Assembly (NCBI RefSeq): GCF_000175255.2
Contig: NC_017262.1
Span: 1,680,001 to 1,712,000, forward strand
Length of the DNA stretch: 32,000 nucleotides
From: Zymomonas mobilis subsp. mobilis ATCC 10988
GTDB lineage: Bacteria > Pseudomonadota > Alphaproteobacteria > Sphingomonadales > Sphingomonadaceae
Direction of reading: 5' to 3'
The notes below the pieces were generated by a model. The model ran no database searches. It saw only the letters and a program-made list of their open reading frames with translations, and was not told the origin of the DNA. Positions 8,646-18,838 of the stretch are shown piece by piece. Numbering within the stretch: position 1 is the first letter of the stretch; every line of letters starts with the position of its first letter. Made by a program: the position numbers and the translations under genes.

Positions 8646-9833
8646 TTATGGCGTTTTTTCTTTTATATTATTTTCTTGTGCAGGCTCGCCCAAAAAATTG
8701 CAAGTCGGTCGATTATTTTGTCTGATAGCTTCTTTGATATCAGGCCATAAAGTCACAGTCTCGTCATGACGCCTTATCTGAAAACCAATTTCCGACGGGT
8801 GACCTGCCGTATAGCCAATAAGCTGCCTCTCTTCGACGGGCTGATTTGTCTTTACCGCGCTTTTATCAAGACCGGTTAATAGAGATATATAGCCATCTTT
8901 ATGTCTGATAATAACGACTTGCTTATAACTTCTGAAATCTCCAGCATAAAGTACAATACCCGATTGAGGCGCATATATTTCGGTATTTTTTTCAACCACA
9001 AGATAAAGCGCTTCTGCATCACTATTCGGGCTAATCCAGCCATTAACGGGTATATGCCAAGCTGCAAGCGGGAAGGGGCAAAAATTTTTGGGCGGAAGCG
9101 TCTTTCGCTTTTTCCCGTCGCTTTCTTTCAAAGCCTGTTCGGCTGCAATCGCGGCATCTTCCTGATACATGGCTTGTGATAGCCATGTTTCGGCTTGTGC
9201 CTGACCATTATGGGCAAGGGATAAAAAATATTGTCGTTTCTCTTCCAAGCTATTTTGATCTTTTTTGATGCGATCAATGACCTGTTCTTGCTGTTGATAC
9301 AGGCTGTTAATAGCGGCAATCCGTTTTACGACGCTCGTCGATTTTTGCTGAATAACCGGACGTGAGGCGGCGATAATCTCCCGTAAATGGACAATATCGG
9401 CGATATTATCCGGCTGAATAAAAATCATGAGAAAAGGATATCGCGCCATTCTTTCCAAAGCCGCTGCCAATTTCGTCAAAGGCGTTCGCTGTCTGGCTAG
9501 CTCTGATTGCTGTTCTTGGCGTTGGGCTTCTATTCTGGAGAGAACCGTTTTTTCTTTATCAATCTGTTTTTGAAGCCTTTGGATATCGGCAGCAAAAGGC
9601 AGCGCCTTTAATAGAAAATTTTGGGATTTTTTTTGAGCTAAAACGGCTTCTTCTTTTAACAGTCCCGCCTGTTTTCTCGCGTTCAATAATGCCCGATAGG
9701 ATGAAATGCCGGTGTCAGTGGTCTCGATAACAGCCGCACCGGCTTTTCCTATATTCAGGTCAAAACAACCCAACCAAAGGCAAAAAGCCAAAAAATATCG
9801 GCTTTTTCGGCTGTTGCGCCCTGACTCTGACAT
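8646..9833 (-). CDS. EnvC-like murein hydrolase activator (coiled coil plus degenerate LytM/M23 domain)
   Basis: 395 aa; long coiled coil, then C-terminal …GIVLYAGDFRSYKQVVIIRHKDGYISLLTGL…IGYTAG…EIGFQIRRH. Adjacent to ctpA, with a 1-nt overlap (TAATG) with rlmH. Confidence 0.85.
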   Translation of the reverse strand: MSESGRNSRKSRYFLAFCLWLGCFDLNIGKAGAAVIETTDTGISSYRALLNARKQAGLLKEEAVLAQKKSQNFLLKALPFAADIQRLQKQIDKEKTVLSRIEAQRQEQQSELARQRTPLTKLAAALERMARYPFLMIFIQPDNIADIVHLREIIAASRPVIQQKSTSVVKRIAAINSLYQQQEQVIDRIKKDQNSLEEKRQYFLSLAHNGQAQAETWLSQAMYQEDAAIAAEQALKESDGKKRKTLPPKNFCPFPLAAWHIPVNGWISPNSDAEALYLVVEKNTEIYAPQSGIVLYAGDFRSYKQVVIIRHKDGYISLLTGLDKSAVKTNQPVEERQLIGYTAGHPSEIGFQIRRHDETVTLWPDIKEAIRQNNRPTCNFLGEPAQENNIKEKTP

Positions 9834-10261
9834 TATCCTTCACGATGGTAAGGATGACCGGACAAAATCGCACTAGCGCGCCATAATTGTTCAGCCAACA
9901 TCGCCCGCGCCAACATGTGAGGCCATGTCGCCGCACCAAAGGCAAAATACATGTCGGCTGCTGCGCGTTCTTCTTCGCGCAGACCATCCGCTGCCCCGAT
10001 CAGAAAGCGGATTTCCGATCGGCCTTCATCTTGCCAATTGCCTATTTTCTGGGCGAATTCCATTGACCGCCAAGTTTTTCCTTTTTCATCCATCGCCACC
10101 GTTATCGAATGGGGTGGCGCAGGCGGTAAGGACGCATTACTTGCACGATCAGGCAATTCAGTGATCCGGTAAGGCCATGAAAGCCGCTTCATATAGCGTT
10201 CTACCAGTTCGCCTTCCGGCGATCGGCCAATACGCCCTCTGGCAATGATATGAATCTTCAT
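9833..10261 (-). CDS. rlmH: 23S rRNA (pseudouridine-N3) methyltransferase
   Basis: 142 aa; ERYMKRLSWPYRI, FLIGAADGLREE, WPHMLARAMLAEQLWRASAILSGHPYHRE. Confidence 0.96.
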   Translation of the reverse strand: MKIHIIARGRIGRSPEGELVERYMKRLSWPYRITELPDRASNASLPPAPPHSITVAMDEKGKTWRSMEFAQKIGNWQDEGRSEIRFLIGAADGLREEERAAADMYFAFGAATWPHMLARAMLAEQLWRASAILSGHPYHREG

Positions 10262-10332
10262 GGCCTTCTTTTCCGACCACAGGTTAAAAGGGATATTGTC
10301 ACAATCTTTAAAAAGATAATTTTAAAATATTA

Positions 10333-10734
10333 TTATGACAAAACAGATTGTGAAACCGGCTGGTCTGATTCATCACCAAAGCCCCACATTCTTTCGAGAT
10401 TATAAAAACTGCGGACTTCTGGACGGAAGAGATGGATAATAATATCTCCGGCATCCAACAATACCCAGTCAGCCGCAGGCAAACCCTCTATCTTGGAAAC
10501 ATAGCCGGTAGCGGCTTTAATGCGGTCGGCCAATTTCTGAGCCATCGCCGTTACCTGACGTGAAGAACGTCCGCTGGCGATTACCATATAATCGGCAATG
10601 CTGGATTTTCCGGCCAAAGGAATCGTAGCGATTTCCAAAGCCTGATCATCATCCAATGAATCAGTAACCAGTTTTAATAACATTTCCGGATCAAAAGACG
10701 TTTGATTTTTTCGGGGAGAAGAAGGGGCAGGCAA
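10333..10734 (-). CDS. rsfS: Ribosome silencing factor
   Basis: 133 aa; DDDQALEIATIPLAGKSSIADYMVIASGRSSRQV, GLPAADWVLLDAGDIIIHLFRPEVRSFYNLERMWG. Confidence 0.96.
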   Translation of the reverse strand: MPAPSSPRKNQTSFDPEMLLKLVTDSLDDDQALEIATIPLAGKSSIADYMVIASGRSSRQVTAMAQKLADRIKAATGYVSKIEGLPAADWVLLDAGDIIIHLFRPEVRSFYNLERMWGFGDESDQPVSQSVLS

Positions 10735-10742
10735 TTTACCTC

Positions 10743-11378
10743 CTAGCTGATGGGTCGCCCTGTAACGGCATCTCGTAAGGCTTTGCCTGAGTAAGCTGCA
10801 TACCAGTCAGGACGGATTGCCCGCGTGGCTGTTGCAGAAGAGGGGTCAGGACGAAAGCGCAATAAGACAAGTGCCGGCGGCCTCCAATCAGTCCAATAAC
10901 GTGAACGGCTTGCGGGTCGGACAAATCGCCGCAGCCAGCTCATCGCCCTCACGGCGTGAACTCTGTTATCATAACTCGGACGGGCAATGACCGCAATCAC
11001 AACCATGCGTGCAATCTCTTGCCAGTTTTTCCATTTTTGAAATTGCTTTAAATTATCCATCCCCATCAGCCAGATAAACCGGCGATTAGGATAGCGACGG
11101 ATCAATCGCCGCAGAGTATCGACGGTAAAACGACAGTTCAATTCCCGCTCAATCGCGGTCACTCTGATCGGACTGCGGCGGGCAATATGATGGGCAGAGG
11201 CAAAACGATGCGGCAGAGAAGCCATATCAGACGTATGCGATTTTAACGGGTTACCGGGCGAAACCATCCACCATATTTCATCAAGAGCCAAAGATTTTTT
11301 AGCCCAGAGCGAAATATAGCGATGGCCTTTATGTGCTGGATTGAAAGATCCGCCCAGTAAACCGGTTAATTTTTTCAT
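10743..11378 (-). CDS. nadD: Nicotinate-nucleotide adenylyltransferase
   Basis: 211 aa; GLLGGSFNPAHKGHRYIS nucleotidyltransferase motif, WWMVSPGNPLK, FIWLMGMDNL. Confidence 0.94.
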   Translation of the reverse strand: MKKLTGLLGGSFNPAHKGHRYISLWAKKSLALDEIWWMVSPGNPLKSHTSDMASLPHRFASAHHIARRSPIRVTAIERELNCRFTVDTLRRLIRRYPNRRFIWLMGMDNLKQFQKWKNWQEIARMVVIAVIARPSYDNRVHAVRAMSWLRRFVRPASRSRYWTDWRPPALVLLRFRPDPSSATATRAIRPDWYAAYSGKALRDAVTGRPIS

Positions 11379-11435
11379 CGAGGCAAAAGCCCGTTTTCAC
11401 GAATTGAACAATAAAGACCTAATCAAAGCCGTATC

Positions 11436-12767
11436 TTATGCCACAGGCCGAATTTGACCTGTCCCGCGCACCTGCCATTTATAGCTGGTCAAACCTTCAA
11501 GGGCGACGGGGCCTCTTGCATGAATGCGTCCGGTGGCAATGCCGATTTCTGCCCCTAAACCAAATTCGCCCCCATCGGCAAACTGGGTCGAGGCATTCCA
11601 CATCACAATAGCGGAATCGACACTGGCGAGAAATTTTTCTGCCACTTCGCGATTTTCGGTCAAAATGGCATCGGTATGACCGGAACTATAACGGGCGATA
11701 TGGGACAAGGCGTCATCCATATCATCGACAAAGCGGACTGATAAAACCGCGTCCAAATATTCTGTGCCCCAATCTTCTTCTGAAACCGTTCTTGCTTCGG
11801 GGTCGATTTTTTGGATTTCTGCTGTCCCACGAATTTCACAACCCGCGTTATGAAGGGCTTGAAGCAGTGATTTTACCTTTTCGACCGGATAACCCCGATC
11901 AATTAACAGGCTTTCGGTCGCGCCACAGATGCCGGTGCGTCTCATCTTGGCATTGACGACTACTTTTTCGACTTTTTCAGGATCGGCCTCTTTATGGACA
12001 TAGCTATGATTAATGCCATCAAGATGCGCCAAGACCGGCACACGTGCATCTTGCTGCACGCGGGCGACCAAGGATTTTCCACCACGCGGAATAACAAGGT
12101 CAATCAAACCGCTTGCTGTCAACATCGCCCCGACCAAGGCTCTATCCGTTGTCGGCACTAGTTGGATTGCCTCTTCCGGCAAACCGGCTTTTGCCAAGCC
12201 TTCGCGCATAGTTTGATATAGCGCCTTGTTACTGTGGATAGCTTCGGAACCCCCGCGCAAAATCGCAGCATTCCCAGACATTAAAGTCAGAGCGGCGGCA
12301 TCAATCGTCACATTAGGGCGACTCTCATAAATGATACCAATAACGCCAATCGGAACCCGAATACGGGTTAATTCAAGTCCGTTAGGGCGCGTCCGCTTGT
12401 CAATGATCTGACCTACTGGATCTTCCAGATGGGCAATAACTTCCAAAGCCGAAGCCATATTCTCAAGCCTCGCTTCGGTCAGACGTAAGCGATCGACCAT
12501 CGCAGAGGAAGATTGATTGTTTTCGGCGGTTGCCACATCTTGGGCATTCGCGGCCAAAATATCCGCCGAATGACGACGAATAGCGTCGGCGGTTAAAACC
12601 AAAGCCTCGGCTTTTTGCGCAGTCGGAGCCTGTGCTAAAATCTGACTGGCGAGGCGCGCTTTTTTCGCCATGCCTGCCATCATTTCTGTCGGGGTGGCTT
12701 GATCTATCTTATTGCCAGTCATTGTATCACTTCCGCCAAGGTCTTTATCAGACTTCAATGTATTCAA
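11436..12767 (-). CDS. proA: Glutamate-5-semialdehyde dehydrogenase (gamma-glutamyl phosphate reductase)
   Basis: 443 aa; IGVIGIIYESRPNVTIDAAALTLMSGNAAILRGG, KMRRTGICGATESLLID, FADGGEFGLGAEIGIATGRIHARGPVALEGLTSYKW. Confidence 0.97.
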   Translation of the reverse strand: MNTLKSDKDLGGSDTMTGNKIDQATPTEMMAGMAKKARLASQILAQAPTAQKAEALVLTADAIRRHSADILAANAQDVATAENNQSSSAMVDRLRLTEARLENMASALEVIAHLEDPVGQIIDKRTRPNGLELTRIRVPIGVIGIIYESRPNVTIDAAALTLMSGNAAILRGGSEAIHSNKALYQTMREGLAKAGLPEEAIQLVPTTDRALVGAMLTASGLIDLVIPRGGKSLVARVQQDARVPVLAHLDGINHSYVHKEADPEKVEKVVVNAKMRRTGICGATESLLIDRGYPVEKVKSLLQALHNAGCEIRGTAEIQKIDPEARTVSEEDWGTEYLDAVLSVRFVDDMDDALSHIARYSSGHTDAILTENREVAEKFLASVDSAIVMWNASTQFADGGEFGLGAEIGIATGRIHARGPVALEGLTSYKWQVRGTGQIRPVA

Positions 12768-12772
12768 AAAAT

Positions 12773-13186
12773 TCAGGAATGGCTTGAGGATTCATTACAA
12801 GGATACCGTTTGTTCATCCCCTGAATATAGGCCTCGTTCACCGAAATATGGTCTCTATCTTCTTTTGGGATCGCATGCATGAAAGCCATGAAATCCTTGT
12901 CTTTGATAGAAATATCGGTCGATGGAGGACAGGCTGGCTTCGGGCTATGTTTAAGCTGCGCCTTCCATGCGTCATCAGCCGCTTCCCCGACATGACTCAG
13001 TAAATCAAAATCAGGGGACAGCAGGGCAAAAGGCCCTTTTTCTTTCAGATGCTTGGCTTTGTTTAAGAATTGCTGGACGCTCATCACAGAGGATGCCGCT
13101 GCGTCAGGGACATCGGCTGCGATCAAAGGCGAAGACAACAACAGCATGGCTGCCATCACGGGCAAGGAAAAAATCGAGCGAGGCAT
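12773..13186 (-). CDS. Conserved small exported protein, possibly Rap1a-like
   Basis: 137 aa; signal-like N-terminus (MAAMLLLSSPLIAADV); SVQQFLNKAKHLKEKGPFALLS…CPPSTDISIKDKDFMAFMHAIPKEDRDHISVNEAYIQGMNKRYPC. Confidence 0.7.
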   Translation of the reverse strand: MPRSIFSLPVMAAMLLLSSPLIAADVPDAAASSVMSVQQFLNKAKHLKEKGPFALLSPDFDLLSHVGEAADDAWKAQLKHSPKPACPPSTDISIKDKDFMAFMHAIPKEDRDHISVNEAYIQGMNKRYPCNESSSHS

Positions 13187-13243
13187 AATTTCTCTTCTAT
13201 AGAAGAAAATGGGGGAAAAGGGATGTAAAAAATAGTTTTTTGC

Positions 13244-13278
13244 AAAAAAGCCTGCTCCTTTTAACGGAAGCAGGCTTT
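13244..13278 (-). terminator. Rho-independent terminator downstream of ftsH
   Basis: Minus strand reads AAAGCCTGCTTCC-GTTAAAA-GGAGCAGGCTTTTTT: 12-bp stem with one bulge, followed by a T run. Confidence 0.85.
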
Positions 13279-13312
13279 CTCATTGGTGAAAATTTTAAAG
13301 AGGCTATTTCGA

Positions 13313-15301
13313 TTAAGCGCCCTGCGGTGCGGCATTACCCCAGCCATTGAAAGGCGGGCTTTTCGGGACACCAGAGGCTCCACCGGAAAGCGGGATCGTT
13401 ACCTGCGGTTTGACCTCAATCGTCGTGATTTTCTCACCGGCGATAGCACGCTTGGCTTCTTCACCGCTCAAGGTTTCATATTCAATCAACGCGTTAGCTA
13501 AGCGATGCAGCTCATCAATATGCTCAGTCAAAACCTGACGGGCGCGGCTTTCGCCTTCTTCCACCAAAACTCTGACTTCTTGATCGATAATTTTGGCGGT
13601 GTCTTCCGAAATATTCTGGGAGCGTGAAACGCTGTGACCCAAAAAGACTTCGTCCTGATTTTCGCGATAACGCAACCAGCCCAGTTTGGGCGACATACCA
13701 TATTCGGTCACCATCGCCCGAGCCATATCGGTGGCCTGCTGAATATCATTGGAAGCACCGGTATTCAGTGAATCTTCACCATAAACAAGCTGTTCGGCAA
13801 TTCGACCACCAAAACACAAAGCCAATCTGGCTTTCATCTGTTTGATGTTGATCGAAAGTTGATCGCGTTCCGGCAAATTCCAAGTCACACCCAAAGCCCG
13901 ACCGCGCGGAATAACGGTGACTTTATGCAGCGGATCACATCCCGGAATATGCAAAGAGACCAAAGCATGTCCGGCTTCGTGATAGGCTGTTGACCGTTTT
14001 TCTTCTTCGGTCATGATAACAGAACGGCGTTCCGCGCCCATCATCACTTTGTCTTTGGCTTCTTCAAATTCGCTCATAGCGACCAAACGCTTACCCTTAC
14101 GGGCAGCTAACAAAGCCGCTTCATTTACGATATTGGCAAGATCAGCACCAGAAAAACCGGGCGTGCCTCGGGCAATAGTTCTAACGTCAACATCCGGTGC
14201 CAAAGGCGTTTTTTTCATATGAACCTGAAGAATTTTCAGGCGGCCTTCGATATCGGGACGAGGGACAATAACCTGTCTGTCGAAACGACCGGGACGTAAT
14301 AAAGCCGGATCAAGCACATCAGGACGGTTCGTTGCCGCCAAGATAATGATGCCTTCATTGGCTTCGAAACCGTCCATTTCAACCAAAAGCTGGTTCAAAG
14401 TCTGTTCGCGTTCGTCATTGCCGTTACCCAGACCGGCACCACGATGCCGTCCGACCGCATCAATTTCATCAATGAAGATGATGCAAGGGGCATTTTTCTT
14501 GGCCTGTTCGAACATGTCACGGACACGGCTAGCACCGACACCGACAAACATTTCAACAAAGTCAGAACCGGAAATTGAGAAGAAAGGCACACCGGCTTCA
14601 CCCGCAATCGCGCGGGCGAGCAAGGTTTTACCCGTTCCCGGAGGGCCTACCAGCAAAGCGCCTTTTGGAATTTTCCCACCTAAACGCGAGAAGCGGGTCG
14701 GGTCTTTCAGAAAATCGACGATTTCTTCCAGCTCTTCCCGAGCTTCTTCAATACCGGCAATATCTTTGAAAGTGACGCGGCCTTGTTTTTCAGTCAGCAA
14801 GCGCGCGCGGGATTTCCCGAATCCCATGGCACCGCCGCCGCCATTTTTTTGCATCTGACGAACGAAAAGAAAGCCCAAGCCGACAAACAGAATGAAAGGC
14901 AACAAAAATTGCGACAATAAAATCTGCCAAAAGCTGACAGTATCTTCCGGCAAGGCTCTGAAAGTGACATTTTTACTTTGCAGACGTTGAACCAGCAAAG
15001 GATCACTCGGTGCCACCGTTTTGAAGGCGGAATTATCGGTAAAATGACCGCTTAATTCATCATGTCCGATAGTAACGTCTTTTACACCGTTATTATCAAC
15101 CCGATTCAGAAATTCTGAATAGGCGACACTGGTCGTATTGTGGTCACGTCCACCATTGCCATCAAAGAAAGTGACCGCCAAAGTCATCGCAGCGATGATA
15201 CCGCCTCCAATAAGAAGCGTTTTCATCCAGTTATTAGCCTGCGGGTCTTGGGGGGTCTTATTATTGTCGTTCATAGCCATATAGTATATTAAGCCTTTCA
15301 T
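13313..15301 (-). CDS. ftsH: ATP-dependent zinc metalloprotease FtsH (the actual start may be the ATG at about 15277)
   Basis: AAA+ Walker [12 protein letters not shown] region, zinc site HEAGHAL, and two N-terminal hydrophobic segments. Confidence 0.98.
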
Positions 15302-15447
15302 CGGACATCTGTCCGGCAGGGAAGCTCCCTGTTTAAAGGATCATACAACAGCGCTTTTTAATAAAGACTGAAGACGACCGGCGCCTCTAATATCCTCAAC
15401 ATAAGCGTTGTTGCGCTGATAACAATGACCCAAATTTCAATCTTATG

Positions 15448-16437
15448 TTATAAAACTGCTTTTTTGCGCGGCGGTGCCCTATAAAAACGCCAATATTCTC
15501 CCCCTTGGCCAATGACATCGGCCAGCATCACTTTTTTACCCTGCTGTAAAGAGCGGATAAAACGTGACAAAGCAGAGCCTCTTAGCGCGGTATTGCCTGT
15601 TATTGTTTCCATAGCGCGCAACACCAAACGCCGCAGAATTTCGATCGGCAGTTCGGTCGGATCAAGATAAAGGACTTCACCTTTCTTTCGGATACGGGCG
15701 GCGGCTTCTTTGGCGGTTATCCATTCAATCGCTTCTTCCGATTGCTGGCAATAGCGTGCCGCTTCGGCAATATGTTGGCGATTAATCCAAGGCGAGGCTT
15801 TTAACAATCTTCTAAAATGGGTGCGGTCATAATGCGGATTGTCATTGGATGGATCGCTGACAAAGGTAAAACCGGCCTTTTCAACAATCTCTGCCAATGC
15901 CGATCGGGTAAACCCTAATAATGGCCGTAACAGGCGTAATTTTTGCCCTTCTGCCGTGATAACAACGTCAGGCCGGATAGCAGCTAACCCGTTAAGACCG
16001 CTGCCTCTCGCTGCCCGCATCAGAAAAGTTTCGGCCTGATCGTCGGCATGATGGGCGGTCATCAAAGCACCGACATTTTTCTCTTTCGCCCATTCTGCCA
16101 TCAAAGCATAGCGCCGGATACGGGCAGCCGCTTGCATCCCTTCGCCATTAGCTTCGATCTTGGTCGTCAATATCTGATGGGGAACGCCAATTTGTTGGCA
16201 AATTTGGGCAACAAAACGGGCTTCTTCGGCGGCTTCTGGGCGCATACCATGATCGACTGTGACCGCCTCAACCGGAAAATCGCTCACTGCTCCCAAAAGT
16301 AACAGAGCAAGGCTATCGCTGCCGCCAGATACCGCGATGCCTAGCTTTCCAGATAAAGGCGAAGATAAAATTCCCTTGATGGCTTCGTTAAAAAGACGAA
16401 GCTCAGGCAGCAAGAGGCTTCTTAATTCACCTTTCAC
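15448..16437 (-). CDS. tilS: tRNA(Ile)-lysidine synthase
   Basis: 329 aa; PP-loop LGIAVSGGSDSLALL, VDHGMRPEAAEEA, TAHHADDQAETFLMRAARGSGLNGLAAI. Confidence 0.95.
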   Translation of the reverse strand: MKGELRSLLLPELRLFNEAIKGILSSPLSGKLGIAVSGGSDSLALLLLGAVSDFPVEAVTVDHGMRPEAAEEARFVAQICQQIGVPHQILTTKIEANGEGMQAAARIRRYALMAEWAKEKNVGALMTAHHADDQAETFLMRAARGSGLNGLAAIRPDVVITAEGQKLRLLRPLLGFTRSALAEIVEKAGFTFVSDPSNDNPHYDRTHFRRLLKASPWINRQHIAEAARYCQQSEEAIEWITAKEAAARIRKKGEVLYLDPTELPIEILRRLVLRAMETITGNTALRGSALSRFIRSLQQGKKVMLADVIGQGGEYWRFYRAPPRKKAVL

Positions 16438-16492
16438 CAGAAACTCCTGAAATCAAAATAGCGTTTTATTCCCTAACCCAAAAAGGAAAGCC

Positions 16493-17563
16493 TTAGCGGC
16501 ATTTGGCCTGTGTCTGCGCTTTCTCAATGCGGTCTTTCAATGAATCGTTGACCTTGTTGCCATAGACATCCAACAATTCAGCATACACCTTACACGCATC
16601 TTTCGGTCTTGCTGGTTTTAAAGCCATCAGAGATTGACCCAAAAAATACAGGCTATCTGGGGCGCGCGCGCCTTGGGGAATAGATTGATAATTGGAATAA
16701 AATGTTTCTGCGGCCTGTGCCGGTTCCCCTGAATCAAGATAGGCACGGCCTAATAAATTGCGGGCATAGCTAGCGCGAGAATGGCTCGGATATTTGGAAA
16801 TAAAAGATTTTAAAACTGTTTCCGCCTCGGGATAGCGTTTATCATTCCATAATTTATATCCGGCCAAATAAACCTGTTCTGCTGGGTCGCTATTCGGTTC
16901 GGCATTTTCACTAATCAAGGCGGCAACAGATTTCGGGGCGGCAGCTTTGTCAGGCGTTGCTTTTGATGCCGGTGCCGCAGCTACAACGGCCGCTGCGGTT
17001 TTCTTGTCAGAAGAGGTATCTTTTGTAACAGCAGGCTTCTCTGCGGCGGTCTCTTTCGGGGGAAGGGGCTTTGCGGCCTTAGCATTCCCAGAAGTAGGGG
17101 AGGCTGCGGCCTGTCCCATATTGACCGGATCGGTGTCACCCGTCACGCCCGCTTCTGCCGGTGAGGTCAGACGGGATTGCATTTCAGTTTTGAAATTTTC
17201 GAATTGCTGTTCCATCTGGCGAAGGCGGTGGCTGTTTTCTTCGGATTGTGCCGTCAACTGGGTCATGGATTGTTCCAGCGAATCTATCCGCGCCCCTAAT
17301 TCTGTGGTTACCGAAGTGTTTTCTGTCTGTTGCGGTTGAACAGAGGCCACAGGGGCAGCCACTTCCGGTGCCACAATCTCATGGCTTTTACCATCGGGGA
17401 AAATTTTCCGCTGAACAGCCCGCATTTGCCGTTGCAGTTGTTCAATCTGTTGGCTCTGGCTATCTGCGGCGGCCGCCCAAAGCGGAGCGGTTATAAAGCT
17501 GGAAGACAAACAGATAAGAAGCAGTTTACGGTGTAATTTCATTTTTAATTCCATGCTATCCAT
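16493..17563 (-). CDS. cpoB: Cell division coordinator CpoB / YbgF-like TPR protein
   Basis: 356 aa; N-terminal coiled coil, low-complexity Ala/Pro/Lys linker, C-terminal TPRs (YLAGYKLWNDKRYPEAETVLKSFISKYPSHSRASYARNLLGRAYLDSG). Confidence 0.88.
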   Translation of the reverse strand: MDSMELKMKLHRKLLLICLSSSFITAPLWAAAADSQSQQIEQLQRQMRAVQRKIFPDGKSHEIVAPEVAAPVASVQPQQTENTSVTTELGARIDSLEQSMTQLTAQSEENSHRLRQMEQQFENFKTEMQSRLTSPAEAGVTGDTDPVNMGQAAASPTSGNAKAAKPLPPKETAAEKPAVTKDTSSDKKTAAAVVAAAPASKATPDKAAAPKSVAALISENAEPNSDPAEQVYLAGYKLWNDKRYPEAETVLKSFISKYPSHSRASYARNLLGRAYLDSGEPAQAAETFYSNYQSIPQGARAPDSLYFLGQSLMALKPARPKDACKVYAELLDVYGNKVNDSLKDRIEKAQTQAKCR

Positions 17564-17746
17564 GCGTAAAACCGCCTAGTTGCGGAAATATCTTAACGGA
17601 CTAATGGGCAAAGCACAGCCTGTTTAGATGAGTGGTGATGAACATTCCATAAAAAGAGATCACCTGACCCTTGAAGAAAACAAAAGCACCAAGCCGAAAC
17701 GGGGTCAATATCTGGGGCTTATCCGTATTCTTTGCCGTAATAATTT

Positions 17747-18652
17747 CTATAGGTCATCATTGTTGGAAAGCGCCGGCGCAGACGGCGCTTTTGAAACCGG
17801 CGCAGACGGCTTTGAAACAGTAGAAGCCTTCATCAACAGGTTACTTTCCAAAAGGCTGAAATCTTTTACATGCCTTTTCGGTAAGGTCGAAGCGGGCAGG
17901 GCTTTATTCTCAACCGTAATGGTCAATAATTCAGGATGACGGGTTTCAAGCATTGGATTTTTGAGCGTCTCTGGCACAGAAACATGCTCACCGGCTTCAA
18001 GTGTTTTTTCAATGAAAACCGATTCCGCTTTGCCATCATAAATTTGTATTTTGACGGGTTTTATCGCTGATACCACAACTTTACTGGGAAGATCGGTGCT
18101 GGCAGCGATAGCTTGGCTCTGTTTAACCTCGGTTATATTGCCAGAGGTCGAATTACTGTCAGTATCGATATTGCCAAGACTGGAGGACGGATTCTGGCTG
18201 TAAAGGGACGCATCGACATGATGGCGGTTCCAAATAATGCCGCCGATGATAATCACGGCTGCTGCAATCAAACAGGGGATAATCAGACGTAATGGCGGCA
18301 CACGGGTAGGATCAGCGGGAGCGTAAGGCTCAATCATTGGTTGTTGACGGGTTGCTTCGCCCATTGTTTCCCGAAAACGGGCAGCCATTTCGGCACCATC
18401 CAGATCCAATAGCTGGGCATATGATTTGACAAAACCAGCACTATAGGTCGTAGCGGGTAAGCCCTCGGTCGAATTAGCTTCAATCGATTTTAAATGGCGA
18501 ATGGGAATGCGGGTTTGTCGGGACACCTCTTCCAAGGTCATTTTTTTGGCATGGCGGGCTTTTTTTAAAATATCCCCGATATTTTCAGCTGCCGCTTTTG
18601 GGTGAATGGCCTGCTGATTATCCGCTTTGTCATTATAGTCTTCGCCCTTCAT
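17747..18652 (-). CDS. RodZ-like membrane protein with N-terminal HTH_25
   Basis: 301 aa; IGDILKKARHAKKMTLEEVSRQTRIPIRHLKSIE…SAGFVKSYAQLL, a single TM segment (LIIPCLIAAAVIIIGGIIW), C-terminal DUF4115-like domain. Confidence 0.88.
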   Translation of the reverse strand: MKGEDYNDKADNQQAIHPKAAAENIGDILKKARHAKKMTLEEVSRQTRIPIRHLKSIEANSTEGLPATTYSAGFVKSYAQLLDLDGAEMAARFRETMGEATRQQPMIEPYAPADPTRVPPLRLIIPCLIAAAVIIIGGIIWNRHHVDASLYSQNPSSSLGNIDTDSNSTSGNITEVKQSQAIAASTDLPSKVVVSAIKPVKIQIYDGKAESVFIEKTLEAGEHVSVPETLKNPMLETRHPELLTITVENKALPASTLPKRHVKDFSLLESNLLMKASTVSKPSAPVSKAPSAPALSNNDDL

Positions 18653-18838
18653 TAAACTCCCCGATCTCCTAATCTTGGTTCATTTTTATACCGAATACCT
18701 ATCAGTCGGCCTTAAACTAGCGAAATGAAAAGTAATATTAAATGAACCAAAAATTAAATATATTCTGAACCATGATGAAGGCATGGTTTCTGGTTAAAAA
18801 TATGGCTTCTTTGTAATAAAAAAGGCAGGTAATTATGG

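Noticed and set aside
14346-14858. 170-aa plus-strand ORF inside ftsH
   Set aside because: Antisense shadow ORF of the AAA+ domain; low-complexity Ser/Pro content.
16947-17339. 130-aa plus-strand ORF with Ala/Val-rich segments
   Set aside because: Antisense to the low-complexity linker of cpoB.
17628-17939. 103-aa plus-strand ORF with GADGAFETGADGFETV repeats
   Set aside because: Most of it is antisense to the 3' end of the rodZ-like gene. The apparent repeat reflects the rodZ SKAPSAP repeat.
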